NCBI RefSeq assembly: GCF_021278985.1
Contig: NZ_CP082833.1
Coordinates: 462,600 to 486,599, forward strand
DNA: 24,000 nucleotides
Source: Citrobacter rodentium NBRC 105723 = DSM 16636
GTDB lineage: Bacteria > Pseudomonadota > Gammaproteobacteria > Enterobacterales > Enterobacteriaceae
Direction: 5' to 3'
This document shows positions 9,928 through 18,351 of the stretch, piece after piece. The notes below the pieces were generated by a model. It was not told the origin of the DNA, did not search any database, and saw nothing but the letters and a program-made list of their open reading frames with translations. The translations under genes and the position numbers were made by a program. Within the stretch, counting starts at the first letter, position 1. Every line of letters begins with the position of its first letter.

Positions 9928-10684
9928 GAGACGCTCCTTGTGCCTGCGCCGTCCGCGCTGGCGTCATCTTCGGGATATTCACCATCACCACGGCGACAAT
10001 TGCGCCGAGGATCGCAATACCGGTAACCGGTATTTTTAAATAGGCCATCAGCACAAAGCCGAGGAAAAACCAGGGCGCGACCTTTTTATTAATTAACAGC
10101 CGCGCCAGCATCGCAAAACCGAGCGCCGGAATAATGCCGGTGGCCACGCTTAAGCCGTGCTTAATAAATTCCGGAATAGCATCCAGAAAACCTTTCACCA
10201 CGTTAACGCCCGCCAGATAGGAAACGGCGACGATAATGCCTAAGGTCAGCGAAAGCCCGATGCCGGAAATTAAGTGCATACGCTCAATGCCGCGGGTATT
10301 TCCCGCTTCGGCATAGGCGTCGGCTTTATGGCAAAGCAGAGGAATAAACATCCCGTTGTAGATATTTTTGACAATCAGCGCCAGGGTCGCGATAGGTAAT
10401 CCCAGTAACAGCGCCGTTTCGGCGCCTGCCCCGGAGTTAATGGCGAAGGCCACCCCGAGAATACCGCCGGTGACCACATCCGGCGGCAAAGACGCCCCCA
10501 CCGAAAATGAACCAATAAACGCCAGCTCCAGCGTCGCCCCCATCACGATGCCGGTTTGCATATCGCCCAGCACCAACCCCGTCAGTAATCCGGTCACAAT
10601 CGGTCTGGAAATCAGCGAGGTGCCCAGCGCATATTCAGACTGGGCGATAAACGCCACCAGCCCGAGTAAAAGTGCCTCTACCAT
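9905..10684 (-). CDS. PTS mannose/fructose/sorbose-family EIIC component (gfrC-like)
   Basis: 259 aa polytopic membrane protein with a ManY/LevF-like glycine-rich hydrophobic pattern. RBS gagga precedes the ATG. The 3' end overlaps the EIID start by 23 nt. Confidence 0.88.
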   Translation of the reverse strand: MVEALLLGLVAFIAQSEYALGTSLISRPIVTGLLTGLVLGDMQTGIVMGATLELAFIGSFSVGASLPPDVVTGGILGVAFAINSGAGAETALLLGLPIATLALIVKNIYNGMFIPLLCHKADAYAEAGNTRGIERMHLISGIGLSLTLGIIVAVSYLAGVNVVKGFLDAIPEFIKHGLSVATGIIPALGFAMLARLLINKKVAPWFFLGFVLMAYLKIPVTGIAILGAIVAVVMVNIPKMTPARTAQAQGASHDDEDDF

Positions 10685-10709
10685 AATTTGTCCTCAGGAG
10701 TTGTTCCGT

Positions 10710-11171
10710 TCAGGTAAAGAGTTGTTTGCGGTCGTTTGGCACCAGACGGATCTCGACCTCCACCCCGGCGGCGTTCAGCGCCCGGAGCTGAGTCATTTCC
10801 TCATCTAACAGATTGACCGCTTTCGAAATATTGTTGCTGCCTTCGCGCACCCTGGTGCCGCCGAGATTAATGCTGGTTATTTCGGGCAGCGCGCTCGCCA
10901 GCCGCCAGGCGTCGTTTACCGACTCCACTACAATAAACAGCCGGTATTTATCCGTAACGCCGCTTTTAATCGCCTCAATCGAATCGTTAATATTTTTAAT
11001 CACCAGCTTCACGGCCGGCGGCTTCGCCATTTTGATGGTGGTCTTGCGCAATTCATCATTCGGTACGCTGTCGTTGGCAATTAAAATACAGTCGGCATCC
11101 ACATACTGCGTCCATGAAAAAGCCACCTGGCCGTGTAATAAACGATGATCCACGCGTAAAAATACGATCAT
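10710..11171 (-). CDS. PTS mannose-family EIIB component (gfrB-like)
   Basis: 153 aa. The N-terminal RVDHRLLHGQV is the EIIB(Man/Sor) signature containing the phosphorylatable His. RBS aggggagggg precedes the ATG. Confidence 0.9.
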   Translation of the reverse strand: MIVFLRVDHRLLHGQVAFSWTQYVDADCILIANDSVPNDELRKTTIKMAKPPAVKLVIKNINDSIEAIKSGVTDKYRLFIVVESVNDAWRLASALPEITSINLGGTRVREGSNNISKAVNLLDEEMTQLRALNAAGVEVEIRLVPNDRKQLFT

Positions 11172-11185
11172 GGTTTCCCCTCCCC

Positions 11186-11608
11186 TTAAAAATCTTTATC
11201 GCTGTGAATGGCGCTGGTGATGGTCTGATTGCAATACTGAATATTCTCTCTGGAATTGATCAGCGCGGCCGAGATCGCCTGTACGGCATCCTCTTCCTCT
11301 TCAGACATCAGCAGATCGATAACCAGCGGCAGGTTGATCCCGGCCAGCAGATGAAAATGCTGGCGGTGCAGATAGCGGATAAATTCGTTATTGACGCTGC
11401 CGGCAAAAATATCGGTCAGGACGATCACCTCATCCTCCGCCGGAATCTTCGCCATTAGCGCATCCACCTGCTGGCTTAAATCCACGCCCTCTTCGACATA
11501 GGCGCAAAGCGTCTCTATGTTGTCGCGTTTACCCAGAATCAGTTCGACGGAATTTAATACTCCGCTGGCCAGCGTGCCGTGACTGGCGAAAATATACTGT
11601 CTCTTCAT
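11186..11608 (-). CDS. PTS mannose-family EIIA component (gfrA-like)
   Basis: Track ORF 11186..11692, trimmed to the internal ATG 11608 (MKRQYIFASHGTLASG, with His10 in the usual EIIA-Man position). That ATG is preceded by gaggtaagg, and the longer ORF would run across the sigma54 promoter. 140 aa is the typical EIIA-Man size. Confidence 0.85.
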   Translation of the reverse strand: MKRQYIFASHGTLASGVLNSVELILGKRDNIETLCAYVEEGVDLSQQVDALMAKIPAEDEVIVLTDIFAGSVNNEFIRYLHRQHFHLLAGINLPLVIDLLMSEEEEDAVQAISAALINSRENIQYCNQTITSAIHSDKDF

Positions 11609-11645
11609 CCTTACCTCTGAATACAGGCTCCACAGCCATATACAG

Positions 11646-11661
11646 AGCAAGCGGCGTGCCA
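11646..11661 (-). promoter_or_regulatory. sigma54 (RpoN) -24/-12 promoter of the PTS operon
   Basis: The minus strand reads TGGCACGccgcTTGCT, an exact match to the extended consensus TGGCACG-N4-TTGCW. It lies 38 nt upstream of the EIIA ATG and immediately downstream of a sigma54 activator gene. Confidence 0.88.
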
Positions 11662-11709
11662 GAAAAAGTGGCGCGCCGGGAAGAGAACGCAAGGAAGGGT
11701 CTGCCGGGG

Positions 11710-14475
11710 TTAAAACTGTTGATCCTGCTCGATAAATTCCGTTTCGAAGGCCAGGATGTTATGGATGTAGGTCAGCTCGGCGCGCGGGATTTTGACACTA
11801 TAGTTACTCTCAATGACACTAAACGCCTCGCGCAGCATATTCAGCTCATATTCCGGACACTGCTGGCCGCTGTCGACCGTAATCCCGGCATGGCGAATCA
11901 GGCGCTCAATCAGGCAACTGATGTGCACATAGAGCGCCACCTTGCGCTCATTCGTCATGCTCTGTCCCGACAGGTGTTCGTAACGCAGCAGGAACTGCTC
12001 GACGTGGTTAATCACTTTACTGGTATCCAGGATGGTGACCGACTCAATGACTCTTCTGAGGGAAAAGTTTTTCAGCAACAGATTGTTGATCTCCGCCACC
12101 TGCTCCGGGGTGGTTAACGCCCCCAGCAGGCGCATCAGCTGCTGATTTCCCTCGCCGGAGATCAGCGAATCCAGCGAGATCCACGGAACGTGGCGGAGAC
12201 AGGGGTCCAGGGTGCCCACAATCGCCAGCACCTCATAGCGGGTAAACACCGGCTCCTGGGCTTTGTTTTGCGCCAGCATGGCGTAATCGCAGGCCACCAC
12301 CTCAATCTCCAGCGACTCGGGAATGCTGGCCTGTAGCAGCGAGCAGAGGTTGGTCGCCACGCCGATGCCGGTCGCGCAGGTGGTCAGTATCGCTTTCGGT
12401 TTGCCGCTTGTCGGCCAGTAAAGCTGATGCTCAGTCGGCAGATCCTGCGCAATGTCGCGGGCAATCTCCTCGATAAGATGCCCCTGTAAGATCCGCTCAC
12501 CCACGTACAGGGCCATGCTGGTCGAAACGTTATTGACGATAGTCACCGGCGTCGGGATAGCCCGGTCAAAATGCTGATGAATGGCCCGCAGGGAGCCCAT
12601 ATCCACCAGGATTATCAGCCCGGAGGCCAGCGGATGCTCTTCGAGATAGCGCATAACCTGTTGGGCGATCGCCTCCGGGGTGACATCCAGCGGCATATCA
12701 AACGATTCAAACACGTTATTTTTGAGCAGCCGGTTGGCGACATTAGCGATACTGCTGGCGGTGGCGTAACCGTGCGCCAGGATCACCGCATGGGCCACCT
12801 GTTTCTGACTGTTCACCCCCTGTTTATTCAGCCACAGCACCAGCAGCAGCATATCTACAGGCTGCGGTTCCAGATCCAGCTTGCGGGCCAGGGTATCGAG
12901 AATTTGCTGGCAAAAGCTGTACAGCAGGGGATATTTCTGCGCCAGAAAAGCCTCCATCTGCCGTATCTGCTCACGGCTAAGACGCGAAGGGGTCTGCGCA
13001 GTGCGATGGATCAAATAGTGGCTGAGCGCATAAATGCAGTTGCCGTTAAGCTGCATATTGAAGCGCTTTTCCAGCCGGTAGAACTCTTCCCGTACCTGGC
13101 TTGTAATCAGCAACAGCCTTTGCGAATGCCCGCGGTCGTCGCCGCTAAAGATCAGCCGATCGAACAGGGTTTCGATCTCCTCGCCGATCCGTTTGCGCAC
13201 CGTCTCCCAGCCCGCTTTTCCGTCACGTACCGACGCGTACAGCGCCAGTACCAGAGAGAGGGTATCGTGGATCTGCGCCTGCATCGCGTCACGGGCGCGC
13301 AGTAGCCAGGGCAGACTGGTCTGCGGCGTGATGATAACCGCGTCGTCTGCCACTGACGAGTCGCTGAGCGACGGCAGCGCGGTCAGCATGGCATCGGGCA
13401 GATCGTGCAGCGACACGGTGACCGGTTCGCTGCCCGGTTTTTTTGCCCACGCGGTCGCCACCGCATACTTCACGGCGTTCTTCAGTTCGCCGACGTTACC
13501 GCGATACTGGTACTGATTGAGAATTTGCAGCAGGCGAGGTTTGAGATTCAGCGTCGCCGACAGCTTTTTCGCCTCTGACCAGAAGAACTGTACGATCAGC
13601 GCCTCTTTTTCCTCGCGGCTGCGATGCTGAAGATCCGGCAGGCTGACCTGGATCGGAATGCGCCGCAAAAAGGTGGTCAGGAAGGTGCTGTGCAACTCTT
13701 CGGTGGTGGCGAACGCCAGCCGTAGCGATACCGGGTGCCCCTGCGCCGTTTCGCCAAGCCGGTAAATTTCGCCGCTGTCGAGCCAGGTAAAGAGTTTTTC
13801 CTGGCCGTCGGCGTTCAGCCGGTGCACTTCGTCAAGAAACAGCATCCCGCCATTGGCCGCCTCAAACGCTCCCGGCCTGTCGCTCTGCGCGCCGGTAAAC
13901 GCCCCCTTCACATAGCCGAACAGGTTAGCGGCAAGCAGTTCCGGATTGCTGGCGTATTGCGCGCAGTTAAAGCGGATAAACGGCGCGTCAGGCGGCAGCA
14001 GCCCCTGCGCGATGGCGTATTCGTGCATCAGCTGCGCCATATAGCTTTTGCCAGTGCCGCTCTCGCCGGTTATTAACAGCGGCAGCCCGCCGTCCGGATA
14101 GAACAGCGCGCTCTTGAGCTGCTCAATCGGTTTTTTCAGGCTGGCGTTATGGCCGATCAGCAGTGAGAAATGGTCGCCTGTCTCGTCCGCCTGCTCCCCT
14201 TCAGCCAGCAGTTCGGTCACGCTGACGTACTCGTTACGGCTTAAGGCAAAGAACTGTTGGCTGAATGCCTGTTTATGCAGGAAGTAAACGGGGCGGGTGT
14301 TAATTTTAACCAGCGTGCCCTGCGCCACCAGCTGGTTGAGATAGTGGCTGGCGGTATTGCGCTGCATGGCGAAACGCTGCGCCAGATAACGGGCGGTGAA
14401 GACCTCGCTAACGTTTTCAGGATCGAAGAAATCGGTCTGATTGGCCAGAAATGCAAGCAGGGCATCTTTACGCAT
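11710..14475 (-). CDS. sigma54-dependent LevR-type transcriptional activator with PRD and PTS EIIA/EIIB-like regulatory domains (gfrR-like)
   Basis: 921 aa. Has an N-terminal wHTH, then an AAA+ module with Walker A GESGTGKS (14044..14067), the sigma54-contact loop GAFTGA (13888..13905) and Walker B LFLDEV. The C-terminal PRD region includes the EIIB(Gat)-like motif TTCATGIG. Confidence 0.92.
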   Translation of the reverse strand: MRKDALLAFLANQTDFFDPENVSEVFTARYLAQRFAMQRNTASHYLNQLVAQGTLVKINTRPVYFLHKQAFSQQFFALSRNEYVSVTELLAEGEQADETGDHFSLLIGHNASLKKPIEQLKSALFYPDGGLPLLITGESGTGKSYMAQLMHEYAIAQGLLPPDAPFIRFNCAQYASNPELLAANLFGYVKGAFTGAQSDRPGAFEAANGGMLFLDEVHRLNADGQEKLFTWLDSGEIYRLGETAQGHPVSLRLAFATTEELHSTFLTTFLRRIPIQVSLPDLQHRSREEKEALIVQFFWSEAKKLSATLNLKPRLLQILNQYQYRGNVGELKNAVKYAVATAWAKKPGSEPVTVSLHDLPDAMLTALPSLSDSSVADDAVIITPQTSLPWLLRARDAMQAQIHDTLSLVLALYASVRDGKAGWETVRKRIGEEIETLFDRLIFSGDDRGHSQRLLLITSQVREEFYRLEKRFNMQLNGNCIYALSHYLIHRTAQTPSRLSREQIRQMEAFLAQKYPLLYSFCQQILDTLARKLDLEPQPVDMLLLVLWLNKQGVNSQKQVAHAVILAHGYATASSIANVANRLLKNNVFESFDMPLDVTPEAIAQQVMRYLEEHPLASGLIILVDMGSLRAIHQHFDRAIPTPVTIVNNVSTSMALYVGERILQGHLIEEIARDIAQDLPTEHQLYWPTSGKPKAILTTCATGIGVATNLCSLLQASIPESLEIEVVACDYAMLAQNKAQEPVFTRYEVLAIVGTLDPCLRHVPWISLDSLISGEGNQQLMRLLGALTTPEQVAEINNLLLKNFSLRRVIESVTILDTSKVINHVEQFLLRYEHLSGQSMTNERKVALYVHISCLIERLIRHAGITVDSGQQCPEYELNMLREAFSVIESNYSVKIPRAELTYIHNILAFETEFIEQDQQF

Positions 14476-14590
14476 CGTATTCTCTCAGGATGGTCACCGG
14501 GGCGATTATGATGCCGCGAATAAACCCTCCTTAACGCGCTCCCTCTCTGCTTTATTCCCGTTTTGTGGCTAACCGCACAACTTCCTGGCA

Positions 14591-14625
14591 TAAAAAAACG
14601 GCGCCCCATACTGCCCGGACGCCGT
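14591..14625 (-). terminator. Rho-independent terminator of lgoD
   Basis: The minus strand reads ACGGCGTCC-gggcagtat-GGGGCGCCGT followed by TTTTTTAT. This is a 9-bp stem (one G:U) plus a U-tract, starting 10 nt after the lgoD stop. Confidence 0.8.
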
Positions 14626-14635
14626 ATGGCAATCG

Positions 14636-15658
14636 TCAGAAGGTGATTACCCCTTTGATTAACGCGCGGTTATTAATGACCTCGCGCTCAAAAATATCCG
14701 CAAGCTGGCTGAAGGGATAACGGTGCGTCAGCATCATCTCCGCCGTCAGTTTGCCCTGCGCCATCAGCGCGCCGACTTTAGCAAAATCTTCCGGCGTGGC
14801 GTTGCGGCTGCCCATCATGGTGGTCTCTTTTTTATGAAATTCCGGGTCAGAAAACTGTAATTCGCCTTTGAACAGCCCGACAAAGACAATAGCGCCGCCG
14901 TGACGGATCAGATTAACGGTATTGTTCATCGCGCTCTGGTTGCCCGTGGCGTCAATCACCTTCTGCGCCAGCGCGCCGTTAAACTGCGCGCGCAACTGGT
15001 CGGTAAAGTCGGCGGCGGAGGGGTCCACCACCGGCAGCGCCAGACGGCTGGCGACATGATCGCGCCGCGCCGGGCTGGTATCAGCCACCACCACCTGCGC
15101 GCCGTCGGCGCTGGCGATTGCCGCGGCGCCCAGGCCAATCGGCCCGGCCCCCACCACCAGCACCTGATCGCCGGGAGCGATCGCCGCCCGCCGCACGGCA
15201 TGAGCGCTGATGGCGTAAGGCTCTATCAGCGCCGCCGCCTGCGGATCAATCCCTTCTGTCGGTAACAGACTGGCCGCCGGGACGCTGAGATATTCGCTAA
15301 AACCGCCGTCCTGATGAACGCCAATCACCGAGATATTCTCGCAGCAGTTGGTGCGACCACTGAGGCACGCCGGACACTGCTGACAGGCCAGGTAAGGGAT
15401 CACCGCCACCTGCTGCCCTGCCTTCAGATGCGTCACATTCTCGCCCGGTGTGACTATCTCCCCACATATTTCATGGCCTAATACGCGCGGATAATGAAAA
15501 AAAGGTTGCTTGCCGCCCCACGCATGAATATCTGTGCCGCAGATGCCGACGGCCTTAATCTTAATTAATGCTTCGTGTTTATCCGGCAGCGGAATTTCTT
15601 TTTTTTCATGAATTAATTTTCCATGTTCCGGGCAAATCACTCTGGTCATTGTGGTCAT
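14636..15658 (-). CDS. lgoD: L-galactonate-5-dehydrogenase (Zn-dependent MDR family)
   Basis: 340 aa, collinear with E. coli LgoD/YjjN (...VGICGTDIHAWGG.QPFF.YPRVLGHEICGEIV..., ...GAGPIGLGAAAIA.ADGAQVVVADTSPARR.HVA..., C-terminal ...LIKGVITF). RBS caggag precedes the ATG. Confidence 0.93.
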   Translation of the reverse strand: MTTMTRVICPEHGKLIHEKKEIPLPDKHEALIKIKAVGICGTDIHAWGGKQPFFHYPRVLGHEICGEIVTPGENVTHLKAGQQVAVIPYLACQQCPACLSGRTNCCENISVIGVHQDGGFSEYLSVPAASLLPTEGIDPQAAALIEPYAISAHAVRRAAIAPGDQVLVVGAGPIGLGAAAIASADGAQVVVADTSPARRDHVASRLALPVVDPSAADFTDQLRAQFNGALAQKVIDATGNQSAMNNTVNLIRHGGAIVFVGLFKGELQFSDPEFHKKETTMMGSRNATPEDFAKVGALMAQGKLTAEMMLTHRYPFSQLADIFEREVINNRALIKGVITF

Positions 15659-15748
15659 TTTTTCTGACTCCTGTTTTCCTCGATGCTTCAGATATTGATG
15701 AAACGAGAAATAACGGCGTAAGCGAAAAGCTAATTTGTGAAACGCTGC

Positions 15749-15780
15749 GCATTAAAATGTTTTAAATCGGGTTTTAATGC
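15749..15780. promoter_or_regulatory. 9-bp perfect inverted repeat in the lgoD/lgoR divergent region (candidate operator)
   Basis: gcattaaaa (15749..15757) and ttttaatgc (15772..15780) are separated by 14 nt and lie 19-50 nt upstream of the lgoR ATG. A weak CRP-like half-match, TGTGAaacgctGCGCA, abuts it at 15736..15751. Function is inferred only. Confidence 0.25.
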
Positions 15781-15798
15781 CGAAAAAAGGAGCGAATA

Positions 15799-16713
15799 AT
15801 GAGCCGTTCACAAAATTTACATCACAATGTTATTAACCAGGTGATAGACGATATGGCGCGGGGCCATATTCCCTCGCCCCTGCCATCACAAAGCGCGCTG
15901 GCGGAGATGTATAACATCAGCCGCACCACCGTACGCCATATTCTTCGCCACCTCTGCGCCTGCGGCGTGCTGACCCAGGTGGCGAGCGATTACGTCATTG
16001 TCCGCCGCCCGGAGCCGGGCGATGGCTTCGCCTGCACCAGCGCCTCGATGGCCGAGCAAAACCGCATTTTTGAGCAGGCGTTTTTCACCATGATCAACCA
16101 GCGCCAGCTGCGCCCGGGCGAAACGTTCTCTGAGTTACAGCTGGCGCGCGCGGCGGGCGTAAGCCCGGTGGTGGTGCGGGAATATCTTTTAAAATTCGGC
16201 CGTTACGACCTGATTCACAGCGAAAAGCGCGGCTACTGGAGCATGAAGCAGTTCGACCAGTCCTGGGCGGAACAGTTGTTTGAGCTGCGGGAAATGCTGG
16301 AGACCCACGCGCTTCAGCACTTCCTCAATCTGCCCGACGGCGACCCGCGCTGGCTACAGGCCAGAACGCTGCTGGAGCGGCATCGCGCGCTACGCGACCG
16401 CATCGGCAGCAGCTTCCGCATGTTTTCCCAACTGGACCGCGACTTTCACGCCCTGCTGCTCGCTGCGGCAGACAATGTCTTTTTCAATCAGTCGCTTGAA
16501 ATTATCTCGGTGATCTTCCACTTCCATTATCAGTGGGACGAAAGCGACCTGAAGCAGCGCAACATTATCGCCATCGACGAGCACATGACCATTCTCAGCG
16601 CGCTGATCTGCCGCAGCGATCTGGACGCCACGCTGGCGCTGCGTAACCACCTGCATACCGCGAAACAATCCATGATTCGTTCAATTAATCAGAGCGTGCA
16701 GGAAAGGCATTAA
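15799..16713 (+). CDS. lgoR: GntR/FadR-family transcriptional regulator of L-galactonate catabolism
   Basis: 304 aa, the same length as E. coli LgoR/YjjM. N-terminal wHTH (LPSQSALAEMYNISRTTVRHIL). Divergent from lgoD and upstream of lgoT as in E. coli. RBS aaggag precedes the ATG. Confidence 0.88.
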   Translation: MSRSQNLHHNVINQVIDDMARGHIPSPLPSQSALAEMYNISRTTVRHILRHLCACGVLTQVASDYVIVRRPEPGDGFACTSASMAEQNRIFEQAFFTMINQRQLRPGETFSELQLARAAGVSPVVVREYLLKFGRYDLIHSEKRGYWSMKQFDQSWAEQLFELREMLETHALQHFLNLPDGDPRWLQARTLLERHRALRDRIGSSFRMFSQLDRDFHALLLAAADNVFFNQSLEIISVIFHFHYQWDESDLKQRNIIAIDEHMTILSALICRSDLDATLALRNHLHTAKQSMIRSINQSVQERH

Positions 16714-16931
16714 AGACCGATTAAAAACAGGATTCCGCAACCCACCGCACGCTTTTATCAAAATAAAAAGCCGCGAAAAATATCGCCTCACTATGCTCAC
16801 GAACAGTCGACGACATTTAAAAAGCTTCGTGAGCAGTGCCGTAAAAATTAATTACCCACTGGTCTGTCAGGACAATACGGTGCGGTTAAAGTCTGCACAG
16901 AATTATAACTTTTATGAATCAGGAGTCCGGC

Positions 16932-18293
16932 GTGGAAAAAGACAATATTACCCTCGACCCGCGTTCTTCATTTGACAAACCGGCGCCCGCGGATATTACC
17001 GTTCCGCCCGCAGGAATGGTGCAGCGCAGCAGCCGAATAAAACGTATTCAGACTACGGCAATGATTTTGTTATTTTTCGCGGCGGTGATTAATTACCTGG
17101 ATCGCAGTTCGCTCTCGGTCGCTAATCTGACCATCCGCGAAGAGCTTGGGCTGAGCGCCACCGAGATCGGCGCGCTATTGTCCGTATTTTCACTGGCCTA
17201 TGGCATCGCGCAGCTGCCCTGCGGCCCGCTGCTGGATCGCAAAGGCCCGCGCATCATGCTCGGCCTCGGCATGTTCTTCTGGTCGCTGTTCCAGGCGCTC
17301 TCCGGCATGGTGCACAGCTTTACCCAGTTTGTGCTGGTGCGCATCGGGATGGGCATTGGCGAAGCGCCGATGAATCCGTGCGGGGTGAAGGTGATTAACG
17401 ACTGGTTCAACATTAAAGAGCGCGGGCGGCCGATGGGCTTTTTTAACGCGGCCTCGACCATTGGCGTGGCGGTAAGCCCGCCAGTGCTGGCGGCGATGAT
17501 GCTGATAATGGGCTGGCGCGGCATGTTTATCACCATCGGCATACTCGGCATCTTCCTCGCCATCGGCTGGTATATGCTGTACCGCAACCGCGAACAGGTG
17601 GCGCTGACCGCCGTCGAACAGGCGTATCTGAACGCCGGCAGCGTCAATGCGCGCCGCGATCCGCTGAGCTTCGCCGAATGGCGCAGCCTGTTCCGCAACC
17701 GCACCATGTGGGGGATGATGCTGGGCTTCAGCGGCATCAACTACACCGCGTGGCTGTATCTGGCCTGGCTACCGGGATATCTGCAGACCGCCTACAGTCT
17801 GGATTTAAAAAGCACCGGGCTGATGGCGGCGATCCCGTTCCTGTTCGGTGCGGCCGGAATGCTGATCAACGGCTACGTCACCGACTGGCTGGTGACGCGC
17901 GGAATGCAGCCGATTAGGAGCCGTAAAATCTGCATTATCGCCGGAATGCTGTGCTCAGCGGCCTTTACCTTCGTGGTGCCAAACGCCACGACCTCAATGA
18001 GCGCGGTACTGCTGATCGGCATGGCGCTGTTCTGCATCCATTTTGCCGGCACCTCCTGCTGGGGCCTGATTCACGTGGCGGTCGCCTCGCGCATGACCGC
18101 CTCGGTGGGCAGCATCCAGAATTTCGCCAGCTTTATCTGCGCCTCGTTCGCGCCGATTGTTACCGGCTTTATTGTCGATACCACCCACTCTTTCCGCCTG
18201 GCGCTGATTATCTGCGGCTGCGTCACCGCGGCAGGCGCGCTGGCGTACATCCTGCTGGTCCGTCAACCGATAAGCGATCCGCGTAAGGCGTGA
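16932..18293 (+). CDS. lgoT: L-galactonate:H+ symporter, MFS anion:cation symporter (ACS) family
   Basis: 12-TM MFS protein in the frame of track ORF 16914..18293. I place the start at GTG 16932 because AGGAG (16921..16925) sits inside the first codons of the ATG-16914 version and 6 nt upstream of the GTG. The GTG gives 453 aa, which is the length I recall for E. coli LgoT/YjjL. ATG 16914 remains possible. Confidence 0.85.
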   Translation: MEKDNITLDPRSSFDKPAPADITVPPAGMVQRSSRIKRIQTTAMILLFFAAVINYLDRSSLSVANLTIREELGLSATEIGALLSVFSLAYGIAQLPCGPLLDRKGPRIMLGLGMFFWSLFQALSGMVHSFTQFVLVRIGMGIGEAPMNPCGVKVINDWFNIKERGRPMGFFNAASTIGVAVSPPVLAAMMLIMGWRGMFITIGILGIFLAIGWYMLYRNREQVALTAVEQAYLNAGSVNARRDPLSFAEWRSLFRNRTMWGMMLGFSGINYTAWLYLAWLPGYLQTAYSLDLKSTGLMAAIPFLFGAAGMLINGYVTDWLVTRGMQPIRSRKICIIAGMLCSAAFTFVVPNATTSMSAVLLIGMALFCIHFAGTSCWGLIHVAVASRMTASVGSIQNFASFICASFAPIVTGFIVDTTHSFRLALIICGCVTAAGALAYILLVRQPISDPRKA

Positions 18294-18313
18294 CGCCCTG
18301 TCCGGTTGGCAAC

Positions 18314-18344
18314 TCCCTCTGGCCGGGTTATCCGACCAGAGGGA
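18314..18344. terminator. Hairpin between the convergent lgoT and tsr genes
   Basis: tccctctgg (18314..18322) pairs with ccagaggga (18336..18344), a 9-bp stem with a 13-nt loop. It lies between the two stop codons. There is no clear U-tract on either strand. Confidence 0.35.
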
Positions 18345-18351
18345 TGACCGA

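Noticed and set aside
12571-13305. A 244-aa plus-strand ORF inside the sigma54 activator gene, with similar shadows at 13193..13516 and 13735..14076
   Set aside because: These are antisense to a full-length, motif-verified 921-aa activator. They have no RBS or domain signal and show compositional shadow-ORF behaviour.
6919-14635. Possibility that the PTS block is a classical genomic island or mobile element
   Set aside because: It has no integrase, transposase or recombinase ORF, no tRNA or tmRNA attachment site, no terminal inverted or direct repeats shared between the junctions at 6919..6975 and 14476..14635, and no striking GC shift visible by eye. I describe it only as an accessory metabolic block.
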